From NCBI GenBank assembly GCA_964016885.1, contig OZ024754.1, positions 33,852,001 to 33,916,000 on the forward strand: a DNA stretch of 64,000 nt. Reading direction: 5' to 3'. Below, one piece after another: positions 10,645 through 23,300 of the stretch. Under the pieces are notes generated by a model. It saw only the letters and a program-made list of their open reading frames with translations. It was not told where the DNA came from and searched no databases. The position numbers and the translations under genes were made by a program. Origin of the DNA: Eledone cirrhosa (taxonomy: Eukaryota). Within the stretch, counting starts at the first letter, position 1; each line of letters starts with the position of its first letter.

Positions 10645-11422
10645 CAGATTTTTTTTTTATAAATAAATATTGACATATATGTGTGTGTGCGCGCGTGTTT
10701 GTATGTGACCTACCGTGGTGAGTACGGCTACTTCCCTGACATGACCAAAATCAAACAGAAAGTGGTGGAAGTCAACCAGGAGTGAGAAGGCCTTGAATTG
10801 GAATGTATATATATATACACACCACTGAACTTCTATTATCGAAACTGCTTAAGCTTAACTGCAGAGTGTACATGTCTTTAAATATCTACAGTTTACTTTC
10901 TTTTAAGTATGGAATATTAAGTTGAATAATGGTTTTACTGGTCTCATTTAGTCATATGTCAACCACACACACACACACACACACATATGTATATTATTGT
11001 AAGAAAGGCAATTTTATCTGTCAGCATAGCTTTTATCACAAATAAAAAGAGAAAAGGGGGGAAAAAACAACACACAAGCAGGTAATGCACACATCTAGGA
11101 CCACATACAACAAAAAGCAGGCGAAAGGGGTGGACAAACGAACTGCTGCCAGGACAAAAGATAACAATATTGTAAGGAGCACTGGGAAGCCTCTCTAATA
11201 ATTTTTGAGGCAAGCTAGCACGCCGCTCGCAATATTACTTCGGGTGATGGCGAGGCTGATACGCTTGAATAGCCAAGCGCCTTCACAAGCTTCACTAGTT
11301 ACCTCGGTTAGGCAAGCCGCCATATATATCAAATGTAGAACTATATTAACAATTCTCAAAGGGAATAAAATATGTTGTTTTTTTTTTTATGAAAGAAGTA
11401 AAATTTCACCATTAATACCCTT

Positions 11423-11468
<46 letters not shown>

Positions 11469-11630
11469 AAAAGATAACAAGGACGATTGGTTACTCCTTC
11501 ATTACATTTATTGGTAGGTGATGCGCGTTTCGCCACTGATCAGCTCAAGGTTCGATCTGTATCGATCTTACCCGACTCTATAATCCGCAGCTCGACGGAC
11601 CCCTTAAAATGCTAGTAGATACATATATAT

Positions 11631-12921
11631 ATCATCATCATCATCATCATCAACGTTTAACGTCCGTGTTCCACGCTTGCATGGGTTTGGACGGGGGTTT
11701 TCCCACTTGAGGCAAGAGTGATTGTCTTGCTCGTATAGGACCGGCTGGCGGGTTTTCTACAGCTGGATGCCCTTCCTAACACCAACCACATTTACAGTGT
11801 GGGGCTGGGAGGTTTTTACCGTGTTGCCTACACGGCCACATTACAGCGTGGACTGTGTGTTTTTTTGTCGTGACACCTACACGATCTCATTTGTTTCGGC
11901 CTGGATGTTGTGGCACCAACATAACTTTACATTGAAAGGGGCGGTGTGGACGGGGTGGGGGTGGTGGGACGGGGGTGTATTTTGTTAGAGTTGCTTACTG
12001 ACTGTAGTAGGTTTTACTTTGTATTTAGGTAAGTCGGGTCTTCTCTATTACTGAGTACCGCCAAAGGTCTCGGTCCAGTGACATTGTCTTGGAGAGGTGT
12101 AAGTGTGTGAGGTCGGAATTTATCAGCTCGTCCCAGGTTTTTCTGGGTCTGCCTACTCCGTGGCTACCGTCTATCTTTATTGCCCTGCACTTTGTTATAC
12201 AGCTATCGTCTTCATGCGCATCACGTAGCCTTCTCTCGAGTAAACAACAGCTGATCCCTCTTATTTCTAATTTTTTCCTTAGTTCGTTTATGCTTTGCCG
12301 TTCACGTATATTACTATTGCACATCCAGCGGAGCATGCAAGCTTCGTTCCTCTCTAGTCTGCGTATATCCTCTGCACACAATGCCCAGGTCTCACTGCCA
12401 TGCAACATTGCTGTTCGTATGCAGGCATCATACAACCTGCCTTTCATTTTTAGGGAGAACCCTTTAGCTGCTAATAGTGGTATAAGCTCTCTGAACTTTT
12501 TCCATCCAGTTCTGACTCTAGCTACTGTACTTTCAGAGCACCCACCCCCACTGCTGATTTTGTCACCCAGGTAACGGAAGCTGTCCACTATTTCTATAGA
12601 ACCCTCTGTGCAGTTGAAAAAGCTAGTATTTTGTGGGCACTTGCTGCTACTTATTGCACCAGAGCAGCGGCCACATGTAAAATCTATGTTCTTAGTTAGC
12701 TTACCTGTGATCCCACTACATCTTTTATGCACCCATACTTTGCATTTGGGATACAAAATGGAGTTTCTACCTACGCCTTTCCTACACACTGAGCATGGCC
12801 ACTTCCCGGAAGGGACCGCCGCCTTATTTTCTTTCTTACAAACTAGAACTTTAGTCTTAACCAGGTTAATTTTAAGGCCTTTTGATTCTAGGCCGTGCTT
12901 CCATATATTAGAAGTTACCAC
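11631..12921 (-). mobile_element. 5'-truncated RTE-clade LINE (RT C-terminus with Cys-rich insert, 3' UTR, (GAT)n tail)
   Basis: ORF 12025-12921: GLKINLVKTKV, KWPCSVCRKGVG..WVHKRC, FRYLG, MLHGSETW, GRPRKTW; (ATC)n at 11631-11651. Confidence 0.88.
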
Positions 12922-13032
12922 ATGATTATATGGTCATTTGTTTAAAAAATATAGTCTTTTGAAATCGGGTGATTCTTTGTGATACACTCTGTATATATGT
13001 TTTAATTTTTTCTTACAATGTTTGCCTTTTAG

Positions 13033-13160
13033 CTACTGAAAACAACGAAAACTCTCAACTAGAAGAGTTAGAAATATTTACCAAATATTATCAACTTTGG
13101 AAAGGGAATTCTGTTCAAAATAACAACACATACTGTAGCATTCCAAAATTTTATTCTCAA
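13033..13160 (+). CDS. PPP2R3C: PPP2R3C exon 2
   Basis: ATENNENSQLEELEIFTKYYQLWKG...IPKFYSQ; AG/GTAAGT sites. Confidence 0.9.
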
Positions 13161-13891
13161 GTAAGTTACTGTTTAACTTTTTGTTACCATATTCCTAAAG
13201 AAATACACTGTCTATGATTTTCAAATACTTTTTTTAAACAATCAAAAATTTAGAAATTTAGGAATTTAGTAATATAACTTTCTCATTATTAAGCTGGTGT
13301 TTAGAACCTGACTTAGAGCTTCTTACATAAAGTTAAAATAAACAGCATATGTGTGTGTATCTGTATTTGTGTTTACTGTTTGTTAATTTACTATAACTTA
13401 GCAGTTCGACAAATAGAGACTTGAAAAAGATGAAGTACTGCAGGCAATATAATCAATTAAATACCTTCATGGTTGCAGTCTAATGATTGCAACCAGTAAA
13501 GAGAATTTTTATCTATAATTTATCTTCATCATCATCATTACCATTTTACGTCCATTCTTCTATGCTAGCATGGGTTAGACGGGTTGTCCTGTTGTGGGCA
13601 ATGTCAGGTCAGGTGACCATGTCTTACTCATACAGAACTGATTTGGGCTTGATTTCTACAGCTGGATGCCCTTCCTAACACCAACCTCATTTAGAGTGAG
13701 AACCGGATGCTTTTTATCGTGGCGCCTACATGACCACATTACTGTGTGAACTGGGTGCTTTTTTGTTGTGACACCTACACCACCACTTTTCAGTGGGAGG
13801 GGGTGGAGGCATACTGTCTATATGCTTCAGCTTTGGCTTAAACCCGTGGGAAGTTGGGTCTATGCTATTTAAATTTTTCGTTATTTTTTAG

Positions 13892-13941
13892 CTCCCCCTA
13901 GAAGAGGAAATTTTATTACAAAAGGTTCGAGAAGAAGCAAG
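13892..13941 (+). CDS. PPP2R3C: PPP2R3C exon 3
   Basis: LPLEEEILLQKVREEAR; phase 0 to 2. Confidence 0.9.
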
Positions 13942-14028
13942 GTAATTATTACATTTCTATTTTATTTGACTGGATTATTGTGAGTAGAGTGTTGCCTAAA
14001 GAATACAGTGAATTGCTGAAGGTGTTGA

Positions 14029-17000
14029 GAATAGAGCCAGAGATAAATGTTGTGAGACTGGGTGAGGAGAATAGAGCCAGTGATGAATGTTGTGAGACTG
14101 GGTGAGGGGAATAGAGCCAGTGATGAATGTTGTGAGACTGGGTGAGGAGAATAGAGCCAGTGATGAAGGTTGTGAGACTGGGTGAGGGGAATAGAGCCAG
14201 TGATGAATGTTGTGAGACTGGGTGAGGGGAATAGAGCCAGTGATGAATGTTGTGAGACTGGGTGAGGGGAATAGAGCCAGTGATGAAGGTTGTGAGACTG
14301 GGTGAGGAGAATAGAGCCAGTGATGAAGGTTGTGAGACTGGGTGAGGAGAATAGAGCCAGTGATGAAGGTTGTGAGACTGGGTGAGGGGAATAGAGCCAG
14401 TGATGAAGGTTGTGAGACTGGGTGAGGGGAATAGAGCCAGTGATGAAGGTTGTGAGACTGGGTGAGGGGAATAGAGCCAGTGATGAAGGTTGTGAGACTG
14501 GGTGAGGAGAATAGAGCCAGTGATGAAGGTTGTGAGACTGGGTGAGGGGAATAGAGCCAGTGATGAATGTTGTGAGACTGGGTGAGGAGAATAGAGCCAG
14601 TGATGAATGTTGTGAGACTGGGTGAGGGGAATAGAGCCAGTGATGAATGTTGTGAGACTGGGTGAGGGGAATAGAGCCAGTGATGAAGGTTGTGAGACTG
14701 GGTGAGGGGAATAGAGCCAGTGATAAATGTTGTGAGACTGGGTGAGGGGAATAGAGCCAGTGATGAAGGTTGTGAGACTGGGTGAGGGGAATAGAGCCAG
14801 TGATGAAGGTTGTGAGACTGGGTGAGGGGAATAGAGCCAGTGATGAAGGTTGTGAGACTGGGTGAGGGGAATAGAGCCAGTGATGAATGTTGTAAGACTG
14901 GGTGAGGGGAATAGAGCCAGTGATGAAGGTTGTGAGACTGGGTGAGGGGAATAGAGCCAGTGATGAAGGTTGTGAGACTGGGTGAGGGGAATAGAGCCAG
15001 TGATGAATGTTGTGAGACTGGGTGAGGGGAATAGAGCCAGTGATGAAGGTTGTGAGACTGGGTGAGAGGAATAGAGCCAGTGATGAATGTTGTGAGACTG
15101 GGTGAGGGGAATAGAGCCAGTGATAAATGTTGTGAGACTGGGTGAGAGGAATAGAGCCAGTGATGAAGGTTGTGAGACTGGGTGAGAGGAATAGAGCCAG
15201 TGATGAATGTTGTGAGACTGGGTGAGGAGAATAGAGCCAGTGATGAATGTTGTGAGACTGGGTGAGGAGAATAGAGCCAGTGATGAATGTTGTGAGACTG
15301 GGTGAGGGGAATAGAGCCAGTGATGAATGTTGTGAGACTGGGTGAGGAGAATAGAGCCAGTGATGAATGTTGTGAGACTGGGTGAGGAGAATAGAGCCAG
15401 TGATGAAGGTTGTAAGACTGGGTGAGGAGAATAGAGCCAGTGATGAATGTTGTGAGACTGGGTGAGGGGAATAGAGCCAGTGATGAATGTTGTGAGACTG
15501 GGTGAGGGGAATAGAGCTAGTGATGAAGGTTGTGAGACTGGGTGAGGGGAATAGAGCCAGTGATAAATGTTGTGAGACTGGGTGAGAGGAATAGAGCCAG
15601 TGATGAATGTTGTCAGACTGGGTGAGGAGAATAGAGCCAGTGATGAATGTTGTGAGACTGGTTGAGGGGAATAGAGCCAGTGATGAAGGTTGTGAGACTG
15701 GGTGAGAGGAATAGAGCCAGTGATGAAGGTTGTGAGACTGGGTGAGGGGAATAGAGCCAGTGATGAAGGTTGTGAGACTGGATGAGGGGAATAGAGCCAG
15801 TGATGAAGGTTGTGAGACTGGGTGAGGGGAATAGAGCCAGTGATGAAGGTTGTGAGACTGGGTGAGGGGAATAGAGCCAGTGATGAAGGTTGTGAGACTG
15901 GGTGAGGGGAATAGAGCCAGTGATAAATGTTGTGAGACTGGGTGAGGGGAATAGAGCCGGTGATGAATGTTGTGAGACTGGGTGAGGAGAATAGAGCCAG
16001 TGATAAATGTTGTGAGACTGGGTGAGGGGAATAGAGCCAGTGATGAAGGTTGTGAGACTGGGTGAGGGGAATAGAGCCAGTGATGAAGGTTGTGAGACTG
16101 GGTGAGGGGAATAGAGCCAGTGATGAAGGTTGTGAGACTGGGTGAGGGGAATAGAGCCAGTGATGAAGGTTGTGAGACTGGGTGAGGGGAATAGAGCCAG
16201 TGATGAAGGTTGTGAGACTGGGTGAGGGGAATAGAGCCAGTGATAAATGTTGTGAGACTGGGTGAGGGGAATAGAGCCAGTGATGAAGGTTGTGAGACTG
16301 GGTGAGGGGAATAGAGCCAGTGATGAAGGTTGTGAGACTGGGTGAGGGGAATAGAGCCAGTGATGAAGGTTGTGAGACTGGGTGAGGGGAATAGAGCCAG
16401 TGATGAAGGTTGTGAGACTGGGTGAGGGGAATAGAGCCAGTGATAAATGTTGTGAGACTGGGTGAGGGGAATAGAGCCAGTGATGAAAGTTGTGAGACTG
16501 GGTGAGGGGAATAGAGCCAGTGATGAAGGTTGTGAGACTGGGTGAGGGGAATAGAGCCAGTGATGAAGGTTGTGAGACTGGGTGAGGGGAATAGAGCCAG
16601 TGATGAAGGTTGTGAGACTGGGTGAGGGGAATAGAGCCAGTGATAAATGTTGTGAGACTGGGTGAGGGGAATAGAGCCAGTGATGAAGGTTGTGAGACTG
16701 GGTGAGGGGAATAGAGCCAGTGATGAAGGTTGTGAGACTGGGTGAGGGGAATAGAGCCAGTGATGAAGGTTGTGAGACTGGGTGAGGGGAATAGAGCCAG
16801 TGATGAAGGTTGTGAGACTGGGTGAGGGGAATAGAGCCAGTGATGAAGGTTGTGAGACTGGGTGAGGGGAATAGAGCCAGTGATGAAGGTTGTGAGACTG
16901 GGTGAGGGGAATAGAGCCAGTGATGAAGGTTGTGAGACTGGGTGAGGGGAATAGAGCCAGTGATAAATGTTGTGAGACTGGGTGAGGGGAATAGAGCCGG

Positions 17001-17575
17001 TGATGAATGTTGTGAGACTGGGTGAGGGGAATAGAGCCGGTGATGAATGTTGTGAGACTGGGTGAGGAGAATAGAGCCAGTGATGAAGGTTGTGAGACTG
17101 GGTGAGGGGAATAGAGCCAGTGATGAAGGTTGTGAGACTGGGTGAGGGGAATAGAGCCAGTGATGAAGGTTGTGAGACTGGGTGAGGGGAATAGAGCCAG
17201 TGATGAAGGTTGTGAGACTGGGTGAGGGGAATAGAGCCAGTGATGAAGGTTGTGAGACTGGGTGAGGGGAATAGAGCCAGTGATGAAGGTTGTGAGACTG
17301 GGTGAGGGGAATAGAGCCAGTGATGAAGGTTGTGAGACTGGGTGAGGGGAATAGAGCCAGTGATAAATGTTGTGAGACTGGGTGAGGGGAATAGAGCCAG
17401 TGATGAAGGTTGTGAGACTGGGTGAGGGGAATAGAGCCAGTGATGAAGGTTGTGAGACTGGGTGAGGAGAATAGAGCCAGTGATGAAGGTTGTGAGACTG
17501 GGTGAGAGGAATAGAGCCAGTGATAAATGTTGTGAGACTGGGTGAGAGGAATAGAGCCAGTGATGATGGTTGTGA
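14029..17575. repeat. 40-bp G-rich minisatellite (~88 copies) in PPP2R3C intron 3
   Basis: Unit AATAGAGCCAGTGATGAAGGTTGTGAGACTGGGTGAGGGG; degenerate copies extend to ~17700. Confidence 0.97.
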
Positions 17576-17823
17576 AGAGAAATGGAATGATATAGTTGGG
17601 TGATGTGTTGAGGAAGGATGGAAGTGACTAGGGAAGAGGAATAGAGCCAATAGTAGATGTTGTGAAAATGGAATGAGATGGCTGAATCACATGTTGAGGA
17701 AAGATGAAAACTTATCATGAGACCCACAACATTAACTCCTGCTGTAGCAGAGAAAGTGGCTTTAAAATGCTTAATGTTGTTGTTTATTCTGTTATAACAA
17801 GAGTTTTTTTATTGCATATTTAA

Positions 17824-18030
17824 CCCTTTAGCATTTAAACCAGCCATATCCGGCCAGAATTCTTTCACCTCTCTCTGTTCAAACCGGCTATAACTTGCTG
17901 CTCATACTTATGTTAAGGTATTGTTCTCAAAATATATATCGAAATCTCGTAGATTCAATATTATGTGAGATAATTATGTAAGATAAAGCCTTTACTGTGA
18001 AAATATAATAGTAATGTAAATACTAAAGGG
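17824..18030. mobile_element. piggyBac-like MITE
   Basis: TTAA|CCCTTTAG ... CTAAAGGG|TTAA; related copy in opposite orientation at 61302-61501. Confidence 0.8.
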
Positions 18031-18074
18031 TTAAGTCAGTATTTTATCGTGTATTTAAGACATCACATTCATTT

Positions 18075-18372
18075 GTGGATTGGCTGTATCGGTAGAGGGT
18101 CGGATGGCATGCTTTGACGCATAGAGTTACACCCCTTGCCATTCTGAGTTCAAATCCCACCAAGGTTAACTTTGCCTTTCATCCTTACAGGGTCGATAAA
18201 ATAAAGTACCAGTAATGCACTGGGTAATTGTTGGCCTTGTGCCAAAAGTAGAAACAATTATTATGGAATTGGCAGTATCGGTAGAGCATCAGACAATGTG
18301 CTTTGTAGCATAGTTATGACTCTGTACGCTCTGAGTTCAAATCCCACTGAGGTTAGCTTTGCCTTTCATCCT
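18075..18372 (+). mobile_element. Two tandem SINE family A copies (second truncated)
   Basis: Same head and core as 5964-6149. Confidence 0.8.
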
Positions 18373-18789
18373 ATTTACAGCTGGACGCTCTTCCCGATAC
18401 CAACTCATATTGTGTGTGCCGCTAACATATGTCAAACCACTACGCTGCTGGAGGTGTATTGTTTATGAGGAATAAATACCTCAAAGCTTTTATCAGCAGT
18501 GTTAATATGATGTTTGTGACAACTGGCATACATACACACACAACAGGGTTCATACAGTTTCCAAATTTCACTCAAAAGGTGTTTGTTGACCCAAGGCTAT
18601 ATTTGAAGACACTTACCCAAAGAGTTATACAGTGGGTTAGAACCCAAACCTACCTACTTGTGATGGGTTAAATATGCAATAAAAAGCTGTGAACTTGTTC
18701 TAAATTTATCTGATCCCATATTATTTTAAAATTATTTATCAAGGGGCCAATTCAGTTTCTGTTAGTTCTTTATTTCTTTATATTATTAG

Positions 18790-18844
18790 AGCCTTATTTT
18801 TGCAAAGAAGAAGTCGTGTTTTACTTGGAAATGAAGAATTGCAG
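18790..18844 (+). CDS. PPP2R3C: PPP2R3C exon 4
   Basis: ALFLQRRSRVLLGNEELQ; phase 2 to 0. Confidence 0.9.
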
Positions 18845-19027
18845 GTAATATGTCTTCTATAAATTCATAATTGCGACATATACTCATGTAAAAGTGAATC
18901 TTTTAGGCTATTTTCTTGAGGTTAAATTTATGGTATCGACTCATCATCATTATCATCACCACCATTTAACATCCATTTTTCCATGCTAGCATGGGTTGAC
19001 TACTGTTGAGGAACTGAAATTTACAAA

Positions 19028-19249
19028 CAGGGTGTCCCAATAAAATTGACATCATTTCATAGTCTAATAACATAGCCAATTCTTGCTCAAATGATCTCAA
19101 AATATGTAAAAACTAACCAAGTTTAATGTTAAATGTTTTCTTTTGTTCAGGTTGAAGAATGACGTTCACTAGAAATTTTGTTTGCCTAGGACATGTAGTT
19201 GCTCAGATATTCACATTTCAAATGATGTCAAATTTTTTGGGACACCCTG
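19028..19249. mobile_element. Tc1/mariner-type MITE
   Basis: TIR CAGGGTGTCCCAA..AATTGACATCATTT / AAATGATGTCAAATTTTTTGGGACACCCTG followed by TA. Confidence 0.8.
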
Positions 19250-20042
19250 TATAATACAAAATACTGTAGGAGTCAGTAGAACTCCCAAATGAATTGCAGT
19301 AACGATTATGAAGTTTCTACACATCAAAACACATAAATAAGGTCACATAGTTCTTATAAATATTTCCATTTGCCTAATCTGAGCATAGAAAAATTCATTT
19401 CCTCACCGTAACATTTATGTTCAGGATAATACCTTGATTCACAAATATTAGAGTTGTAGAATCAACTTTTATATGAGATACATAGAAAATATCCAAATTT
19501 TTTTGTTAAAAAATAGAGCATTAGTTTTACATGGGATTGACTTTTACATAAGCATATCCAGTTACATTTTAATTTTCAAATCTATTTTTCCATCCTATAA
19601 GAACATGAAGGGAATGCCAATATGTCTCTCCCTAGTTGTTCTTAATTTTCTCCAGTCTTTACATTTAATTTGGTGTGGAACCCTAGTACCGTGAAGGCAT
19701 ATGACCTAATAGTTAGGGCATTAGATTGACAATCGTAAGACCATGGGTTCAATTCTTGGACCAGGTTGTACCTTGTGTTCTTGAGCACTTCATTTCACAT
19801 TGCTTTTCATGACAGGCCTGGACCGGGGCCCCTACCATTAAAACATGGCTAGAGATGATGTACAATGAAATGAAAGCCAGAAGTTTAGTGAGAGGGTATG
19901 TAGACAATAGGTTAAAATGGAGAAGCTTTTCATGAGGCCCTGCAAGGCTAAACCTTGTTTTAGCAGGGAAAATAGCCTTGATATGTTTGTTGTTGCTGTT
20001 GTACATTTATTCTTTTTGTAAATTGCCTTGATCTCTTTGTAG

Positions 20043-20155
20043 CATTTGTGGTATCTACTTGACAAACATCACACTCCACCTCTTGTTGCTGATGAACAGA
20101 TGATAAATTATCACGACTTTCTTAAAGTCGCTGAAGAAGCAGGGAACAAGTGCAA
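20043..20155 (+). CDS. PPP2R3C: PPP2R3C exon 5
   Basis: HLWYLLDKHHTPPLVADEQMINYHDFLKVAEEAGNKCK. Confidence 0.92.
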
Positions 20156-20336
20156 GTATGCTTAATCAATTATCAATATTTAACATTCGTTTTCAATGCT
20201 AGCAAAGGTTGAACGTGTCATCACAAACCTAGTCAGTACTTAATCAGAGCTAGTGATCAATTATCAATATTTAATGTTGTTTTTCCATGCTAGCAAAGGT
20301 TGACAATCAGCTCTTGTCGTCTACCAAGAGTTACAA

Positions 20337-23300
20337 CCAGGAGATAGTATCAGCCATAGAAAGACTCATAGAAACATTGTTACTTTGGTCTGATCTGACA
20401 ATCAGATTTCCAGGAGATAGTATCAGCCATAGAAAGACCAATAGAAACATTGTTACTTTGGTCTGATCTGACAATCAGATGTCCAGGAGATAGTATCAGC
20501 CATAGAAAGACCAATAGAAACATTGTTACTTTGGTCTGATCTGACAATCAGATTTCCAGGAGATAGTATCAGCCATAGAAAGACCAATAGAAACATTGTT
20601 ACTTTGGTCTGATCTGACAATCAGATGTCCAGGAGATAGCATCAGCCATAGAAAGACCCATAGAAACATTGTTACTTTGGTCTGATCTGACAATCAGATG
20701 TCCAGGAGATAGCATCAGCCATAGAAAGACCCATAGAAACATTGTTACTTTGGTCTGATCTGACAATCAGATTTCCAGGAGATAGTATCAGCCATAGAAA
20801 GACCAATAGAAACATTGTTACTTTGGTCTGATCTGACAATCAGATGTCCAGGAGATAGTATCAGCCATAGAAAGACCCATAGAAACATTGTTACTTTGGT
20901 CTGATCTGACAATCAGATTTCCAGGAGATAGTATCAGCCATAGAAAGACCCATAGAAACATTGTTACTTTGGTCTGATCTGACAATCAGATTTCCAGGAG
21001 ATAGTATCAGCCATAGAAAGACCAATAGAAACATTGTTACTTTGGTCTGATCTGACAATCAGATGTCCAGGAGATAGTATCAGCCATAGAAAGACTCATA
21101 GAAACATTGTTACTTTGGTCTGATCTGACAATCAGATGTCTAGGAGATAGTATCAGCCATAGAAAGACCCATAGAAACATTGTTACTTTGGTCTGATCTG
21201 ACAATCAGATGTCTAGGAGATAGTATCAGCCATAGAAAGACCCATAGAAACATTGTTACTTTGGTCTGATCTGACAATCAGATGTCCAGGAGATAGCATC
21301 AGCCATAGAAAGACCCATAGAAACATTGTTACTTTGGTCTGATCTGACAATCAGATGTCTAGGAGATAGTATCAGCCATAGAAAGACTCATAGAAACATT
21401 GTTACTTTGGTCTGATCTGACAATCAGATGTCCAGGAGATAGTATCAGCCATAGAAAGACTCATAGAAACATTGTTACTTTGGTCTGATCTGACAATCAG
21501 ATGTCCAGGAGATAGTATCAGCCATAGAAAGACTCATAGAAACATTGTTACTTTGGTCTGATCTGACAATCAGATGTCCAGGAGATAGCATCAGCCATAG
21601 AAAGACCCATAGAAACATTGTTACTTTGGTCTGATCTGACAATCAGATGTCCAGGAGATAGCATCAGCCATAGAAAGACCCATAGAAACATTGTTACTTT
21701 GGTCTGATCTGACAATCAGATGTCCAGGAGATAGTATCAGCCATAGAAAGACCAATAGAAACATTGTTACTTTGGTCTGATCTGACAATCAGATGTCTAG
21801 GAGATAGTATCAGCCATAGAAAGACCAATAGAAACATTGTTACTTTGGTCTGATCTGACAATCAGATGTCCAGGAGATAGCATCAGCCATAGAAAGACCA
21901 ATAGAAACATTGTTACTTTGGTCTGATCTGACAATCAGATGTCCAGGAGATAGTATCAGCCATAGAAAGACCCATAGAAACATTGTTACTTTGGTCTGAT
22001 CTGACAATCAGATGTCCAGGAGATAGTATCAGCCATAGAAAGACCCATAGAAACATTGTTACTTTGGTCTGATCTGAGAATCAGATGTCCAGGAGATAGC
22101 ATCAGCCATAGAAAGACCCATAGAAACATTGTTACTTTGGTCTGATCTGACAATCAGATGTCCAGGAGATAGTATCAGCCATAGAAAGACCCATAGAAAC
22201 ATTGTTACTTTGGTCTGATCTGACAATCAGATGTCCAGGAGATAGCATCAGCCATAGAAAGACCCATAGAAACATTGTTACTTTGGTCTGATCTGACAAT
22301 CAGATGTCCAGGAGATAGCATCAGCCATAGAAAGACCCATAGAAACATTGTTACTTTGGTCTGATCTGACAATCAGATGTCCAGGAGATAGCATCAGCCA
22401 TAGAAAGACCAATAGAAACATTGTTACTTTGGTCTGATCTGACAATCAGATGTCCAGGAGATAGTATCAGCCATAGAAAGACCAATAGAAACATTGTTAC
22501 TTTGGTCTGATCTGACAATCAGATGTCCAGGAGATAGTATCAGCCATAGAAAGACCAATAGAAACATTGTTACTTTGGTCTGATCTGACAATCAGATGTC
22601 CAGGAGATAGCATCAGCCATAGAAAGACCCATAGAAACATTGTTACTTTGGTCTGATCTGACAATCAGATTTCCAGGAGATAGCATCAGCCATAGAAAGA
22701 CCCATAGAAACATTGTTACTTTGGTCTGATCTGACAATCAGATGTCCAGGAGATAGTATCAGCCATAGAAAGACCCATAGAAACATTGTTACTTTGGTCT
22801 GATCTGACAATCAGATGTCCAGGAGATAGCATCAGCCATAGAAAGACCCATAGAAACATTGTTACTTTGGTCTGATCTGACAATCAGATGTCCAGGAGAT
22901 AGCATCAGCCATAGAAAGACTCATAGAAACATTGTTACTTTGGTCTGATCTGACAATCAGATGTCCAGGAGATAGTATCAGCCATAGAAAGACCAATAGA
23001 AACATTGTTACTTTGGTCTGATCTGACAATCAGATGTCCAGGAGATAGCATCAGCCATAGAAAGACCCATAGAAACATTGTTACTTTGGTCTGATCTGAC
23101 AATCAGATGTCCAGGAGATAGCATCAGCCATAGAAAGACTCATAGAAACATTGTTACTTTGGTCTGATCTGACAATCAGATGTCCAGGAGATAGTATCAG
23201 CCATAGAAAGACCAATAGAAACATTGTTACTTTGGTCTGATCTGACAATCAGATGTCCAGGAGATAGTATCAGCCATAGAAAGACCCATAGAAACATTGT

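Noticed and set aside
12089-12925. Plus-strand ORFs of 161 and 105 aa
   Set aside because: Antisense shadows of the RTE reverse transcriptase fragment.
13949-17727. 1233-aa and 704-aa ORFs on the minus strand
   Set aside because: By-product of a 40-bp repeat lacking stops on that strand; the same peptide appears in several frames; antisense within a PPP2R3C intron.
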